Positions 12,009 through 24,099 of a stretch of 64,000 nucleotides of DNA are shown piece by piece. The position numbers and the translations under genes are program-made. Each line of letters opens with the position of its first letter. The first letter of the stretch is position 1. The stretch comes from Felis catus (taxonomy: Eukaryota). Under the pieces are notes generated by a model that saw only the letters and a program-made list of their open reading frames with translations, searched no databases and was not told where the DNA came from. Location: assembly GCF_018350175.1 (NCBI RefSeq), contig NC_058368.1, forward strand, positions 161,388,001-161,452,000, written 5' to 3'.

Positions 12009-13150
12009 ATTTACAAATGACATATCGGATAAAGGGTTAGTATCCAAAATCTATAAGGAACTTACCAAACTCAACACCTGAAAAACAAATAAGCCAGTGA
12101 AGAAATGGGCAGAAGACATGGATAGACACTTTTCCAAAGAAGACATCCAAATGGCTAACAGACACATGAAAAGATGCTCAACATCCCTCATCATCAGCGA
12201 CACACAAATCAAAACCACATTGAGAGACCACCTCACACCAGTCAAAGTGGCTAAAATTAACAACTTGGGAAACAAGAGATGTTGGCAAGGATGTGGAAAA
12301 AGGGGGACGCTCTGCATTTTTGGTGGGAATACAAACTGGCACAGCCCCTGGGGAAAACAGTGTGGAGGTTCCTCAAAAAATTAAAAAAAGAATGACCCTA
12401 TGACCCAGTAATAGCACTACTAGGAATGTATCCAAAGGATACAGGGGCACTGATTCATAGGGGCACATGTACCCCAATATTTATAGCAGCGTTATCAACA
12501 ATAGCCAAATTGTGGAAAGAGCCCAAATGTCCATCAACTGATGAATGGATAAAGAAGATGTGGTTTATATGTACAATGTAATGTACTTGTTAATGAGAAA
12601 GAATGAAATCCTGCCATTTGCAGCAATGTGGATGGAACTGGAAGGTATTATGCCAAGTGAAGTAAGTCAGTCAGAGGAACAGGTATCATATATTTTCACT
12701 CAGATGTGGAATTTGAGAAACTTAACAGAAAACCATAGGGGAAGGCAAGGGAAAATACGTTACAAACAAAGAGGGAGGCAAACCTTAAGAGACAGTGTGA
12801 GCAGGGGAGGGGCAGAGAGAAAGGTAAACAGAAACTGAAGCAGGCCTCAGGCTCTGAGCTGTCAGCACAGAGCCCAACAGGGGGCTTGAACTCACAAGCC
12901 ATGAGATCATGACTTGAGCCATCCAGGCACCCCTACAAGAGACTCTTAAATACAGAGAACAAACCGAGAGTTGATTGGGGTGAGGAGGTCGTGGGGAAAA
13001 TGGTTGATGGGGATTGAAGAGGGAACTTGTTGGGATAAGCACTAGGTATTTTGTGTAAGTGATAATCACAGGAATCTACTTCCAAAGCCAAGAGCACCCT
13101 ACATATACTGTATGTTAGCTAACTTGACAATAAATTATATATAAAAATAA
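12009..13150 (+). mobile_element. 5'-truncated felid L1 3' end (contains a SINE fragment)
   Basis: [30 protein letters not shown]..., 3' UTR, aataaa and A-rich tail. Confidence 0.92.
12790..12934 (-). mobile_element. CAN-SINE fragment nested in L1 3' UTR
   Basis: gcaggggaggggcagagaga...gctgtcagcacagagccc...caggcacccc between two copies of aagagac. Confidence 0.85.
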
Positions 13151-13899
13151 AGAAATGGAAAAAAATCCCTCCCAAATGATAAAAAAAAATCTTTAAACCC
13201 ATTTTGTGCTATCAAAAACAAGCACTTAGCAGTTTTCTCAGCTTCAAATATTTTGAAATCCTAGCTTAACTTCAAGCTGCACTGAATCCAATAGGCATTC
13301 TTATATGAATCTCATTTCGATAGGTTATCTTTCAATTTAAAAGTCTTTAGAAAAGAGAATTTTAGAAACATTAAAATCTCACTCATATAACACTGTCCCA
13401 TTTGGAAGGAGTACTTTGGAAGGCAACAATTTTGTGTAAAATGATATAAAAAGACCCTGATTGTTAGTACATAATACAGATGAATTCTGCACAATTTGAC
13501 ATTCTTGTTTTACCTGTTTGGCAGAACTTTTTAAGGATAAATTTACACTAGACATATGGAATTCAGATACAATTAAGTGAAATTAAGATCATGAATTTTT
13601 GCAGTAACACTATTTTTATAGCAATGATTTTCTACCTTTACCATATGTGAGCTCACACATTGTCATTATTTACTATTTTTCTTTATAAAGCCTGGCAGAG
13701 AAGTTAGATATGCCAATTTGTGTCCAATGAAAACCAGTAATGCAGTTGTGGTTAACTAGTGTAGATTATATCATATGGAATAGTTTTGTGTTATTTACTC
13801 CCTATTGATGAAGAGATTTTAAAAATGTATTTTGTTTATTGAAGGGTAATTATTGGCTGTAACCTAATATTTGTAAACTTTTGACCCAATGTTATACAA

Positions 13900-14960
13900 T
13901 GGCATCTGTATTTCAATTGCCTGAAAATATTTTTATTTCACCATATATTGTAGAAGCTAATTTTATCACCTGTTTAATTCAAGATTAATAGCTGTTTTAT
14001 TTTTCTAGCAACTTAAAGATGTCATTACATTTGTCTCCTGGTCTACATTGTTTCTAATTAAATGTATGCCTTCATTTCTATCATTATTTTTTTAATGTAA
14101 TGCATCTTTTTTTATATATCTCCCTTCAAGATATTCTATTTTGGATTCTGATATTTGTGACTGTCTGTAGGAGTCTGAAATGCCTAAAGGTAGTTTTCTT
14201 TGTATTCTGATGTGATCGTCTTGGCACTGTAAGTAAACATTTTCTGCTCTCATCCTTCAAAAATGTTTATTGCCTCACTATATTCTGATTTTTCTTTTGG
14301 AGCTCCAATGCACATATTAAATCATATAATAGTGTCCCTTAAGATCATGAGGTTCTGTTCACTTTTCTTGAATCTTTATATCTCTGTTCCTGAGGCTATA
14401 TTTTCTATGTTCCAAATCCCTCTAAACTGGAGAGGTTAGAACTCCAAACTCTGCGTCCTCTAAGAATCATATTAGGCCTTGGTTTTAAGCTTTGTTGGAG
14501 TGGGCCTTTCTCTGGGTGTGGCCTTTATCATTCAGCAGTGACTCAACTTGATTTCCATGTTGTTAGGAGTTATTAAGGTCTATTCAGTATGTCTGGGCCA
14601 AAATTTCAAGGTCCTCAGCACTCTAATGTCTTAACATCTCTGTTCTGCTCTCACCTCTGTAGCAGTCACTCTCCTATAAGCGTTGAGGGGCCATGCCTGT
14701 GGCTGTCCAGCCCAGCTCTCAGTAAAGGACTTATGGGGAACCCTCATATGAATGACATAACTCTACAGACTCCTTCTCTTAATCCCTGCCCCACAGATTC
14801 CAACCACTTCAAACTCTCATTCATCTCTGCCTCCTTAGATAAGAAAGACTTCCATATTCTGACTGAATTTCAGATCACTGCATTGGAGCTGGGAAATTTT
14901 CCCCAAACAGAGGTCCAGAGCAACTGTAGACTCACCTTTTTCTTTCCTCTCAGGAACCAT
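13900..14960 (-). mobile_element. Old L1M fragment, antisense
   Basis: T-rich stretch with degraded L1 ORF1/5'-region-like sequence. Confidence 0.4.
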
Positions 14961-16768
14961 AGCCCATTAGTGTGATAATTTTCTTTTAGACACTTAATTC
15001 TAACATTTATTCATGTTCCTACTTGGTTATGCTGTACTTATCCCAATAGCACTGTTCCCTTATTCTTGAACTATTGCTCTTTAGTTGTCTAACTGACATT
15101 CCAATTCTGCCTTTATACTCTAGGTTTCAGTAAATTCTCTTGGCCTCTTGGTTATGTAATCAGTTCATATTCTCTTTTCTGGACAATTGGACTCTGTTTA
15201 CTTTTGGATTTCAGGATATAGACAATCCACTGATATGGAAGTTTCTGCCCCTTAAAAGGTAAGAGATTCCTTCAGTCAGATATGACTATGAATGACTATT
15301 ACAGTTGAGCCATCCTCCCATCTTCCCTCATTTTAGTGGACAAGGAGATTCTAACACTAGGGAACACTTATTGAGCCTTGATTGCCATTACATTGAACTA
15401 AAAATGAAATACATATCAATATAAACTTTTTTTTCTTTGTTAGCATAAATACAATTTGGCTAGAGACTAGAAAACATCCATCTAAATATTAAAATTCCCA
15501 GATTCCTGAAAGCCAGAAGTGCCCATGTAACACATCTCTTTCCAGTGAAATGCATGTCAAGGGCATAAGGTAGGACTTTGTGGTTAACCAGTTGTTTTTG
15601 TTTAAAAAAAGATGCACATGGCTCCTCATTTCTCATTATGCCTATTGTCTCCTTGAGAATTATGCCTATTGCCTTTCCACTCACCCATTCTGCTTCGTGA
15701 AGTTCTGATCTTAGACTTGTGAAGGACATGACCCAGGAGGCCATGAGATCCCAGAATGAGAGGTGCCTGGAGTAAAAGTGAACTCAGTCTTTGGCCTGGA
15801 ACCAAGCCTATACAAGGTCAGCTTAAATTAGTCAACCTCAGCTTCATCAAACATGTGCAAAATAAATGCCTATTTGCTGTATGCCACTGAGATCTTTTTG
15901 CTATTGGTTATGGAGCACTGATTCGAGACCAAGCTGGTTGAGACTATAAGCTAGGGTCAAAAATTGGAAACTCTTAATTAGGAGAAGATAAAAATGTAAG
16001 AGGAAATAGACCCCCTCTGCTGCTAGACTGCCCAGCTCTTTTTCACTCAAATGGATTTTCACCCAAATGATGATCCTGTGTTTCAGTTTCCTTAATTATG
16101 AAACAGGAATAATGATGGCTTTTTGTGAGGATTAAACACATAATAGCTTAACATTTTATAATATGAATTCTAGTACACAATAGATACTTAATTAGTACTC
16201 AGTATCATTATTCAATACCAGACTGTAGGCTTTAGACTTTATTCAGCAGGCCACTGTATTTTCATGGAAGACTGTTGTCGGTCAGCTGAGGTATTCCTTG
16301 ATAAATCAGAATAATGGCAACCTTTTCCCATTATGCATATTAACTTAGGTAAGTTTATATAAATTCTTTGTTATAAGAATTTTTCTCACTTATACGTTTC
16401 TAAATCTCTATTGGTCGGCACAACTTGTTGACAAGCCAAATGAAAACAAGGAAATGAACATGTAGTTTTATTGTTAATAGTGATAATTCAGAAACACTAA
16501 TTATATAGTTTGGTATAATTATATAATGTTTTTTAAATAGACATGTGTGGCTCAAGTTGTCATTTTATACACAAGCAAAATATAGTACTTTCTCCCGGGA
16601 AACTTGCTCCTAGTTCCTGTGATGAAATTGAAAATATTTTTTTTTCATTATGCTTTGGAAATAATAGTGTTCTTCCAAGAACACAATAATTTGTAGCTGG
16701 TTTGCAGTCCTCACTGTTGTTGAGGACTAAAAATCTCTGGGTAAAAATATACTTGGTGTTGTTATTTT

Positions 16769-16979
16769 TTTTTTTTCAACGTTTATTTATTTTTGGGACA
16801 GAGAGAGACAGAGCATGAACGGGGGAGGGGCAGAGAGAGAGGGAGACACAGAATCAGAAACAGGCTCCAGGCTCTGAGCCATCAGCCCAGAGCCTGACGC
16901 GGGGCTCGAACCCACGGACCGCGAGATCGTGAGCTGGCTGAAGTCGGACGCTTAACCGACTGCGCCACCCAGGCGCCCC
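16769..16979 (-). mobile_element. Young Felis-type CAN-SINE (SINEC_Fc-like)
   Basis: CpG-rich and near consensus; perfect TSD GGTGTTGTTATTTT at 16755-16768 and 16980-16993. Confidence 0.96.
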
Positions 16980-17209
16980 GGTGTTGTTATTTTAAAAGAG
17001 ATCTGAGCTTGAAAGTTTACCCCAGCAGTAGTACATAAAGTTTAATTAAAGGTAAAAAGGGCTGGGACCCAAATAACCAACATAATAGCTGTAGCAATAT
17101 AAAAAAATGATTCCCTGTCAGAAGCACAAAAAAGAATTAATGAAAAAGATGAGAGGGAAGTGGGTAAGATTTGACAACATCTGGATGCATGTGGCAAGGG
17201 AAAGGAAAA

Positions 17210-17385
17210 AGATCCTTAAACTTTAATGCAAATGAAAATCACTCTGAGAGCTTAGTAAAAATGCAGATGGTCCTTGTCCCCAATCCCAAGAATTCTAGCT
17301 CAGAATTTCTGGAATAGTGACCTAAACCTGCATTTTAAACATACTCCATTTCAGATTCTGATTCAGGTGGCTGAGAGTAATATTT
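17210..17385. mobile_element. MER5-like hAT MITE
   Basis: aaactttaatgca...aatcac...aaaaatgcagat...ctgcattttaaac...gattctgat pattern. Confidence 0.55.
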
Positions 17386-18254
17386 GGAAAAAAATCAGAA
17401 CATGACATACTCTAATCATTTAGAAACAATAATTTGACTCTGCTATTTAAATTATTTAGTACTTTGTATATTCCAGTTACTGGCAAAGACTGCTGCAGAT
17501 GGTAAACCAATTGTAAAGGATGACTCCGATTTTATACTTGAGTATCTTGGAGAAGAATAATGCCATCAAATCAAAATAAAGTACACACTGGTAAAATGAT
17601 ATATTTTAAGGAAGGAAAGATGATACCTTTTTTTGGGGGGTGGGGGGGTTGATGTGTTGTATACTGGAGGTTTTTGAGAGGTGGTGGAGAGCATATAATA
17701 CCAACATTCTTCTATATACGACTCTGATGAAAATTGTGAATCAAGGAAGATAGAAAATCCAAACAGCCATTTTATTACTGATAAGTGCCAGGTTGAAAGC
17801 TAAAATTAGGGTGTGTCACTATTGCTCTCCCTCACACTGCAACCCAGAATTAAGATGTCTAGTCCCTGTAATTTTACCAGACAGGAGCAATTGCATTACT
17901 CTGTTACTTCCAAGTGGCTAAAAGATATTATCCTATCTACACTACCTACAAAAGCCCTTTACAAAAGTTTTACCCTAGATTTGTACTTGTCATTTGTAAC
18001 ACTTCAGAATTCAGAATTAATGCAACTGCTCATTGTGTTATCCCTACTTGAACTTAAGTGCTATAAGAGCAAGGATCCAATCTTATTTGTCTATTGTCCG
18101 TTACACATGATTTACCACAATGCTAATCAAGGAGTAGAATTTCTAATCAATTTGTTGAATAAGTTTTTTAAATAAGAACAAATATTCACTTTGGCTTACG
18201 GTCCGGCCTCTTTTGTTTATAGTTATCTGCTCAAACCAACATTCTATATTACTG

Positions 18255-18710
18255 ATGTCAAAGTTAAACAGATAAGGAAGATTTTACTCAAAATTATCGC
18301 ACAACTCTATTCTAGTTCAAGTCCTCAGAAACGGCTGGAGATTTTAAAAGCTGAGGTAGGGTGCATCATAGAACACTTGTGTTTACTAATTGGTCTTCCC
18401 GGAGGGAAGTGGTTAATTTTTCTCATAGTTTTGTGACAGAAAGTAGTTTTAGAACTTGGTCAAGGGGCCTGCCTGAGTTAGGCTCTCCTACCCTTCCACA
18501 GAGCCTGGGACTTACTAGGGTGGCTGTCTTCTTTGTTGATCACATTTCAAAAAAGATGTTCCTTAAGAAATACAGCCTTTGGTTGTAAAACTGGCAAGAA
18601 CTTTTAAAAGGATTTGTATCTCAGAAAGGCAGAGAATGAATTTACAATCACAAGTTTCTAAAGTAAATGCACTAAGGAAAGGGAGTCAGGGTCTTAGAGA
18701 CAGTCGGAAA
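18255..18710 (-). mobile_element. ERV1 (MER4-group-like) LTR just upstream of the promoter
   Basis: Shares ggttgtaaaactg.cag...gattt..atctca.aa.ggcagaga..gaatttacaat with the copy at 63.8-64.0 kb. The minus strand ends ...cttccttatctgtttaactttgaca. Confidence 0.6.
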
Positions 18711-18889
18711 CATGACCGTAATTTGTACCTGAGCCGAGGCAAAGTCAAGCTCGCTTGACCAATGATTAGCTGTGTTTCTGCAGTTTTGCACCAAGGACCT
18801 CAATTATGAGCTTCCAATTTCTCATGGTTTTCCCAAGCAGAGTTGCTGCACACTTTACACCATCCTTTCGTGTTTACTTTCTTACCTGT

Positions 18890-19660
18890 GACGAAACCGA
18901 AAGATTTGCCCTTGTCCTGGCAAAGCGCGTGCGCAGACTACCAGGCGCGCCTGACGTCATTGGACGCGCCTGCCCCTACTTGTTAGCAACCTAAAGCGTC
19001 TGTAGTATCACTGGCTGCTGAGATGTACGAACTTCCGGTTTTCCTGGCCGCTGCCGCTGCCGCTGTTGCTGCCCCTACCACCTGCCACGGCTGGGCCTCA
19101 GTTCCCGATTTGGTCACCTCTTCTTCGTTCTCCACTGCGCCCATGGTTCCTCTTGGAGCCAGGGCGGCGAGCCTGGCGGCTCCCGCGTGGTGAGAGGACG
19201 GTCCGGGGACGATGAAGGCCCCGCACTGCAACTGCTGCCTCAGTCCCCTCTTGATATCCGCTTTCCTGCTTCTGCTACTGCTGCCAGGTTTGGGAGGGCC
19301 TTTGGCTGTGCTGCTGCAGGCGGCCGAGGCCGCGCCGGACCCCGGGCCTCCGGACCGCGGGCCGCGGACCCTGTCGCCCTTGCCTCCGGGTCCCGCTGTT
19401 GCCCAGTCCACGGGCCGCGCTCCCGCAGAAGCTAAAGGGCCGCGGGGCTCTGAGGGCGGCAATGGCAGCAGCCCCCGGGCAGGACTTGCGTCAGAAGACT
19501 CAGGAGGGAAGGCCGGGGAAGAAGACTCATTGGGTGGCAGCCTTTCTGTGAGCCCCAACCCCGGCGACAAGCCAATGACCCAGCGGGCCCTGACCGTGTT
19601 GATGGTGGTGAGCGGCGCGGTGCTGGTGTACTTCGTCGTCAGGACGGTCAGGTGAGGCAA
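18890..19660. promoter_or_regulatory. CpG island / FAM174A promoter and 5' UTR
   Basis: The only GC- and CpG-rich stretch in the window. NRF1-like GCGCGTGCGCA 18925-18935, palindromic CRE TGACGTCA 18952-18959, inverted CCAAT (ATTGG) 18959-18963, RFX X-box-like GTTAGCAAC 18982-18990, ETS/GABPA ACTTCCGG 19031-19038. No TATA box. Confidence 0.88.
19212..19651 (+). CDS. FAM174A: FAM174A coding exon 1: signal peptide, Pro/Gly/Ser-rich ectodomain and transmembrane helix
   Basis: ATG at 19212 with A at -3. Translation [24 protein letters not shown]...[31 protein letters not shown](R) matches FAM174A/TMEM157 as I recall it. Donor CAG|GTGAGG at 19651/19652; 440 nt, phase 2. Confidence 0.95.
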
Positions 19661-21269
19661 AGCCTCAGTGAGCTTTCCCTGCAGGCCTAAGATGGGCTGC
19701 CTGGTGACCTAGCAAGGCAGATTTCTTTGACCTGGTGTTACCTGGTGTTACTCCTCCATGCCCCCATTATCATGACGGTTGTCTTTAAAGGCCTATGTAC
19801 CATAAGAAGTTAAACAACCAAATAGTTACTCGCTTTCATTTATAAATTATAAATTAATACCTCACCTCCAAATCTCTTTACCTTGTTCAAAGGGCATGCT
19901 TTCCTCTTAGGAACTAATTTTGTATTTGACCACACTATCTTGTAATACTTCTGTCTTTCTGCTTTATATATTGTTGCGTACTTCATTTTGCCTGTCAGAA
20001 TGCAGACCTCTTAAGGGCAGGATTCCTATTTAGTAGCGTCTGTGAGTCCTAGAGTTCTTTGTATGGTACTGTTACTTACTAGAAAATCATTATTATTTGG
20101 AATAATAGTAGTGCAGAAAAACCTTATGAATATTTTATCTCATAAAATATAAAAGAAGAAAAGTTATTCCTTACTAGCATTTTCTTGTTATTGGTCTTTA
20201 ATCTTCCCTTAAGTAATTTGCTTATACTATATGAAGTTTCCTGCATTCCACTGTTTTCGACCTGGAAAAGTAACAATTTTGTATGCTTCAATCTATGTCA
20301 TATACCCCATTAGTCAGAAACAGCATTCATTTTGCATGGCACAAAGTATTTAAATGCACAATGTTATCAGTTGCATGGTAACATTTCCTTTCCTATGTGG
20401 CAAAGGAAAAAAAAAAAAGGCAAATATAGTCACTTTTAATATTGGAGCAATTATTTAATACCTAACAAAACTAAACATATCTGACTTTAAATATACCAAA
20501 TTTTGAATTAGTAAGTGGATAAATTTGATATTTCACCCTCTGAAAAATCCTTTCTAAAATGAATTCATCTATAAATAATAGTTCTAAGTCATTCAAAAGT
20601 TTAAATTTACAAAATAAATTTTTTGAGCCTATTCTTACTATATTTGCTAGATTGTGGAGTTCTTTAAATATTAGATTTGGAACAGAAATGATGACTTAAA
20701 TAACACCTTAAATATGACAAAGATGACTCAGGAGAGTAAAGTGATTTATCTAGTGTCCCACGGGGTCTAAGGAAAATCCAGGATTGTAAATTCCACTCTT
20801 TGTTTGAATTTTTTTCCCTCTTTTTTTTCCCCTTTAACAAGATGTCTAGGTCTGACATATGATCAGACTTTTGATTAAGTAGACCAGGTCATTATTGTTG
20901 TAAATACCAGGTTATGAATAAAAGTAGATGATTGATTGCCACTTATTATTCTACTTAATGCCTTATAAAGTTGAAAAGGAATGATATAATCCAATCGGTG
21001 ACATTTATTATGATAATAACGTTCATTTGATACATTCTTTTATTACTGATGTAAATTGTTTTATGGCATCAATCATAATATTTAAATATTCCATGTAATA
21101 AGATTGAGTTAGAACAAATCTGTAATAAGACTTACAACGTTGAAAATCTGTAAGATGATTAAAGTGGCTTCGTTGGTTACTCCCTCTCTGAAGAGTTGAC
21201 TTACAGAGCCAAGGCTTCACTATTTGAAGGATCCATCCAAGAAAAGTGCTGAGGAAGCACTAAGTAGTT

Positions 21270-21731
21270 TTTACCTCTTGTGGAGTTTTGGTGTAGTATT
21301 AAAAAACAAACTACGCACTAGTATCTAAGAAGGCTATTAAAATGCTCTTCCTTTTTCCAAGTTCATATCTATGTGAGCAGCAATTTTCTTCATATATTTC
21401 AACCAAACACATTGGAAATGATTGCAGGAGAAAATATGAAAACCTGGCAGTTTATCTTTTTCTATGTAGTTCTGTTTGTTTAAGCCAGACATTGAAGGGA
21501 TTTGGAAAAGTCTGTCAGTGTGACTTTTTCACTTTTTTGGTTTCCTTTTTGACAATATATTTTTCATAAAAAAGTTAACATGTAATGGATTTATCTTAAA
21601 TGATATTTTAAAAGTTTCTTACGTTTAATTAACATTAAATATTGATATGCATAGTTCACATAAATATAAATTCTTTGGAATCCTGAATAATTTTTAAGAA
21701 TTTAAAAGACCAAAACATTTGAGAACCACTG
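21270..21731 (+). mobile_element. hAT/Charlie1-like DNA transposon 3' fragment
   Basis: KAIKMLFLFPSSYLCEQQFS resembles the hAT C-terminal dimerisation motif (LLPFxTTYLCExGFS); ends in the TIR tttgagaaccactg. Confidence 0.75.
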
Positions 21732-23677
21732 GTGTAAATCGCATTATCTGAGGTGGGTACTATTGGTTCACAAAGCCAGTGAATCCAGGTCCACTTTCTG
21801 TTAAAGTGGAAGTAAGTAAATATTCGTGAGGTGTTAAAGACATTACCACCAAACTGAGACTTTGTTTCCGATATAAAGATTAGAAGACTTTGATATAAAG
21901 ATTGAAGCAGAAATTATTTTTCTCACTATCTGTTATTTAGTGCTATCTTTATAGTCCTATGAAAGTCCAGAGTACCCTGAGTATTATATTTCTTATACTT
22001 GTAAATTATGGGCCTGATGATAACTTTGGCCTTATGTTGTTATTTTGCTTCTATAATTTGCTTTTATAAATCTTATATGTAATGTTTATTGCCATTGATT
22101 TTCTGTCTTCATTTCTATAATGCTCAGAAGAGCACAGACTTTTCGGTATGATTCTATTGGATAACTCACTAACATAGTGTATGTTAAAAGCCAAATTCTG
22201 AACTATAGCTTAGGAAAACTGTGCTCTTTAACCAGCATCTAATATATTCATTCAGTTCAAATCCTAAAATTAGCTGGCTACCTGATGTCCAAAGCTTGAT
22301 TGTTGCTGACAGTGTTTGGGCAATGTTCAGAACTCATATATTTGCTTCCAGATTATGGGATGAAATTATTTATTTTGGTGAATTATTTATTTCGGTGAAT
22401 GCTCATTTTGCCTCCCCACTTTAAAAGTATTTGTCACAGCACACCAGTGCTAGTTTATTTGTGTCACGGGAAAGAATGGGTGAAAATCATTTCCCTAACT
22501 CTTATATGGTAACATTTATGAGGAGAATATTTTATTTGTAAAATACTTGAACTCCATGAAATTTCCAAATTGTTTTGTTTTAATCTAACTCAGTTACAAT
22601 GAATATGTAACTAGAAATAACATTAACTTGGAACCTGAAAATATTCCAAAGAACAATTAGATTATCTCAGTAGAAATTGGAAAATGTATACAAAGGAAAG
22701 AGTAGGCTTCCTAATATTAAAAATACCCAGTTTCTATGATAAGAGGCTCCTTGTCTGTCTTATATTCTGCTGTATCCTAAGTGCTAAATATTATGTACAA
22801 CATATGATAGGCGTTGTATAAGTAGTTGTCTAATGGTTGAGCATTCTTATTTTTTTTATCTAGTTATAGATGGTGAAGATTTAGCAATTTAATGGTATTT
22901 GCTTCTTATTGATAGAATAAGGAGGAATGAACATCTCCATTAATACTTAGATTTCCTTTCTCTCTCTAGGACATTCTTGTCACAGTAAAATCTATAAAGC
23001 AAGAAAAAAAATTGTAGGGTCAATATTTTTTAGCATGTAGGTTGATTATTATAAACAATTATTATAAGAAATTTTGGTATAACTTTGTGAAGAATGGTCC
23101 TTGCCTTAAAAGCAGGAAATTATTTCTTTTTTCATGCCATGGCATTGATGCTTTTTCATTTTGTATTCAATATGGTATATTAGGAGACCAAGGCTTAGAT
23201 TCCAATCCTGGTCCTTTCTTCCTTTCTGATCTTTAGCAAGTCACTTAACCTTTCCAGTGTAACATCTCCTCATTAAAAATGGGGAAAGAAAGGTACTTTA
23301 TATAGTGGAGATGAGCATGAAATTTAGTATGCTGGCCTTTATTTAGGCAGTCAGTATTTATTCAGCTGCTCATAACTAGGCACTGGGGATCTGTTGTGAG
23401 CAAAATAGACATTTCTTCCTCCATGGCACTTATAGACTAGAGGAGCAGAGAGACACTAATCAAACAATTGTTATAATGAAGAACACACAGGATGCTATGA
23501 AAAAGTAATAAAAGGCAAGTACTATTAATACCTAGTGTCTAGTAATTACACAATATTAATTTAATTTTAATTGTTCCTATACCAATAAGCTAAGACACAA
23601 AATTAGTTTTCTTTAAAATAACCTTACTTTCTAACTGAAACATTATTTTTTAATTTAATTTTATTTTAATTTAATAA

Positions 23678-23726
23678 TTATTTTATTTTATTTTATTTTA
23701 TTTTATTTTATTTTATTTTATTTTTT
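23678..23726. repeat. (TTTTA)n microsatellite
   Basis: Direct reading. Confidence 0.95.
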
Positions 23727-24033
23727 AACATTATTTTAAATAATTTGTCCAAGGACACATGGTTGGGCCATGGCAAAACTGCATTGAAACCTAGCTCTGT
23801 CTGAACTTTTCCAACATGCCTAGTTACCATCCTGCTTCCTGTGATTACTTAAAGTAACCAATTTAAAGTGATACTGTACATAAGGATGGCTAGCTTATTT
23901 TCGAACAAAAAACAAGTGAATATTATATGCACAGTATCTTTCTGTTTAAAACATAGTGAGTTTTGTGACTATTAAAAGTCTCAAATTTTATTTTTAAAAA
24001 GTGAGTTAACCTTGGCATTTATTGATTATTAAT

Positions 24034-24099
24034 AAATAATTTAATATCCTATATTAAATAATTTAATATCCTACCTCAAATAATTTAATATCCTACCTC
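24034..24099. repeat. 22-bp tandem repeat, three copies
   Basis: AAATAATTTAATATCCTA(TATT/CCTC) at 24034, 24056 and 24078. Confidence 0.9.

Larger units (their letters stand above)
10925..13547 (-). pseudogene. Candidate decayed exons of the same minus-strand gene, interrupted by L1 insertions
   Basis: 13383-13547 is open (VNLSLKSS...LPNGTVLY). Donor GAG|GTAAGT at 11884/11883. 11653-11814 reads SLESGIVLNIKVKANVCSRYIRRISELDFRLLR*NQ... Acceptor at 11303/11302. Confidence 0.45.

Noticed and set aside
19187..19435. 82-aa overlapping + strand ORF
   Set aside because: GTG start in an alternative frame of GC-rich sequence, with no independent support.
18983..19660. 225-aa antisense ORF across FAM174A exon 1
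   Set aside because: Non-ATG (TTG) start; low-complexity Pro/Gly/Ala/Ser content is expected as the antisense shadow of a GC-rich coding exon.
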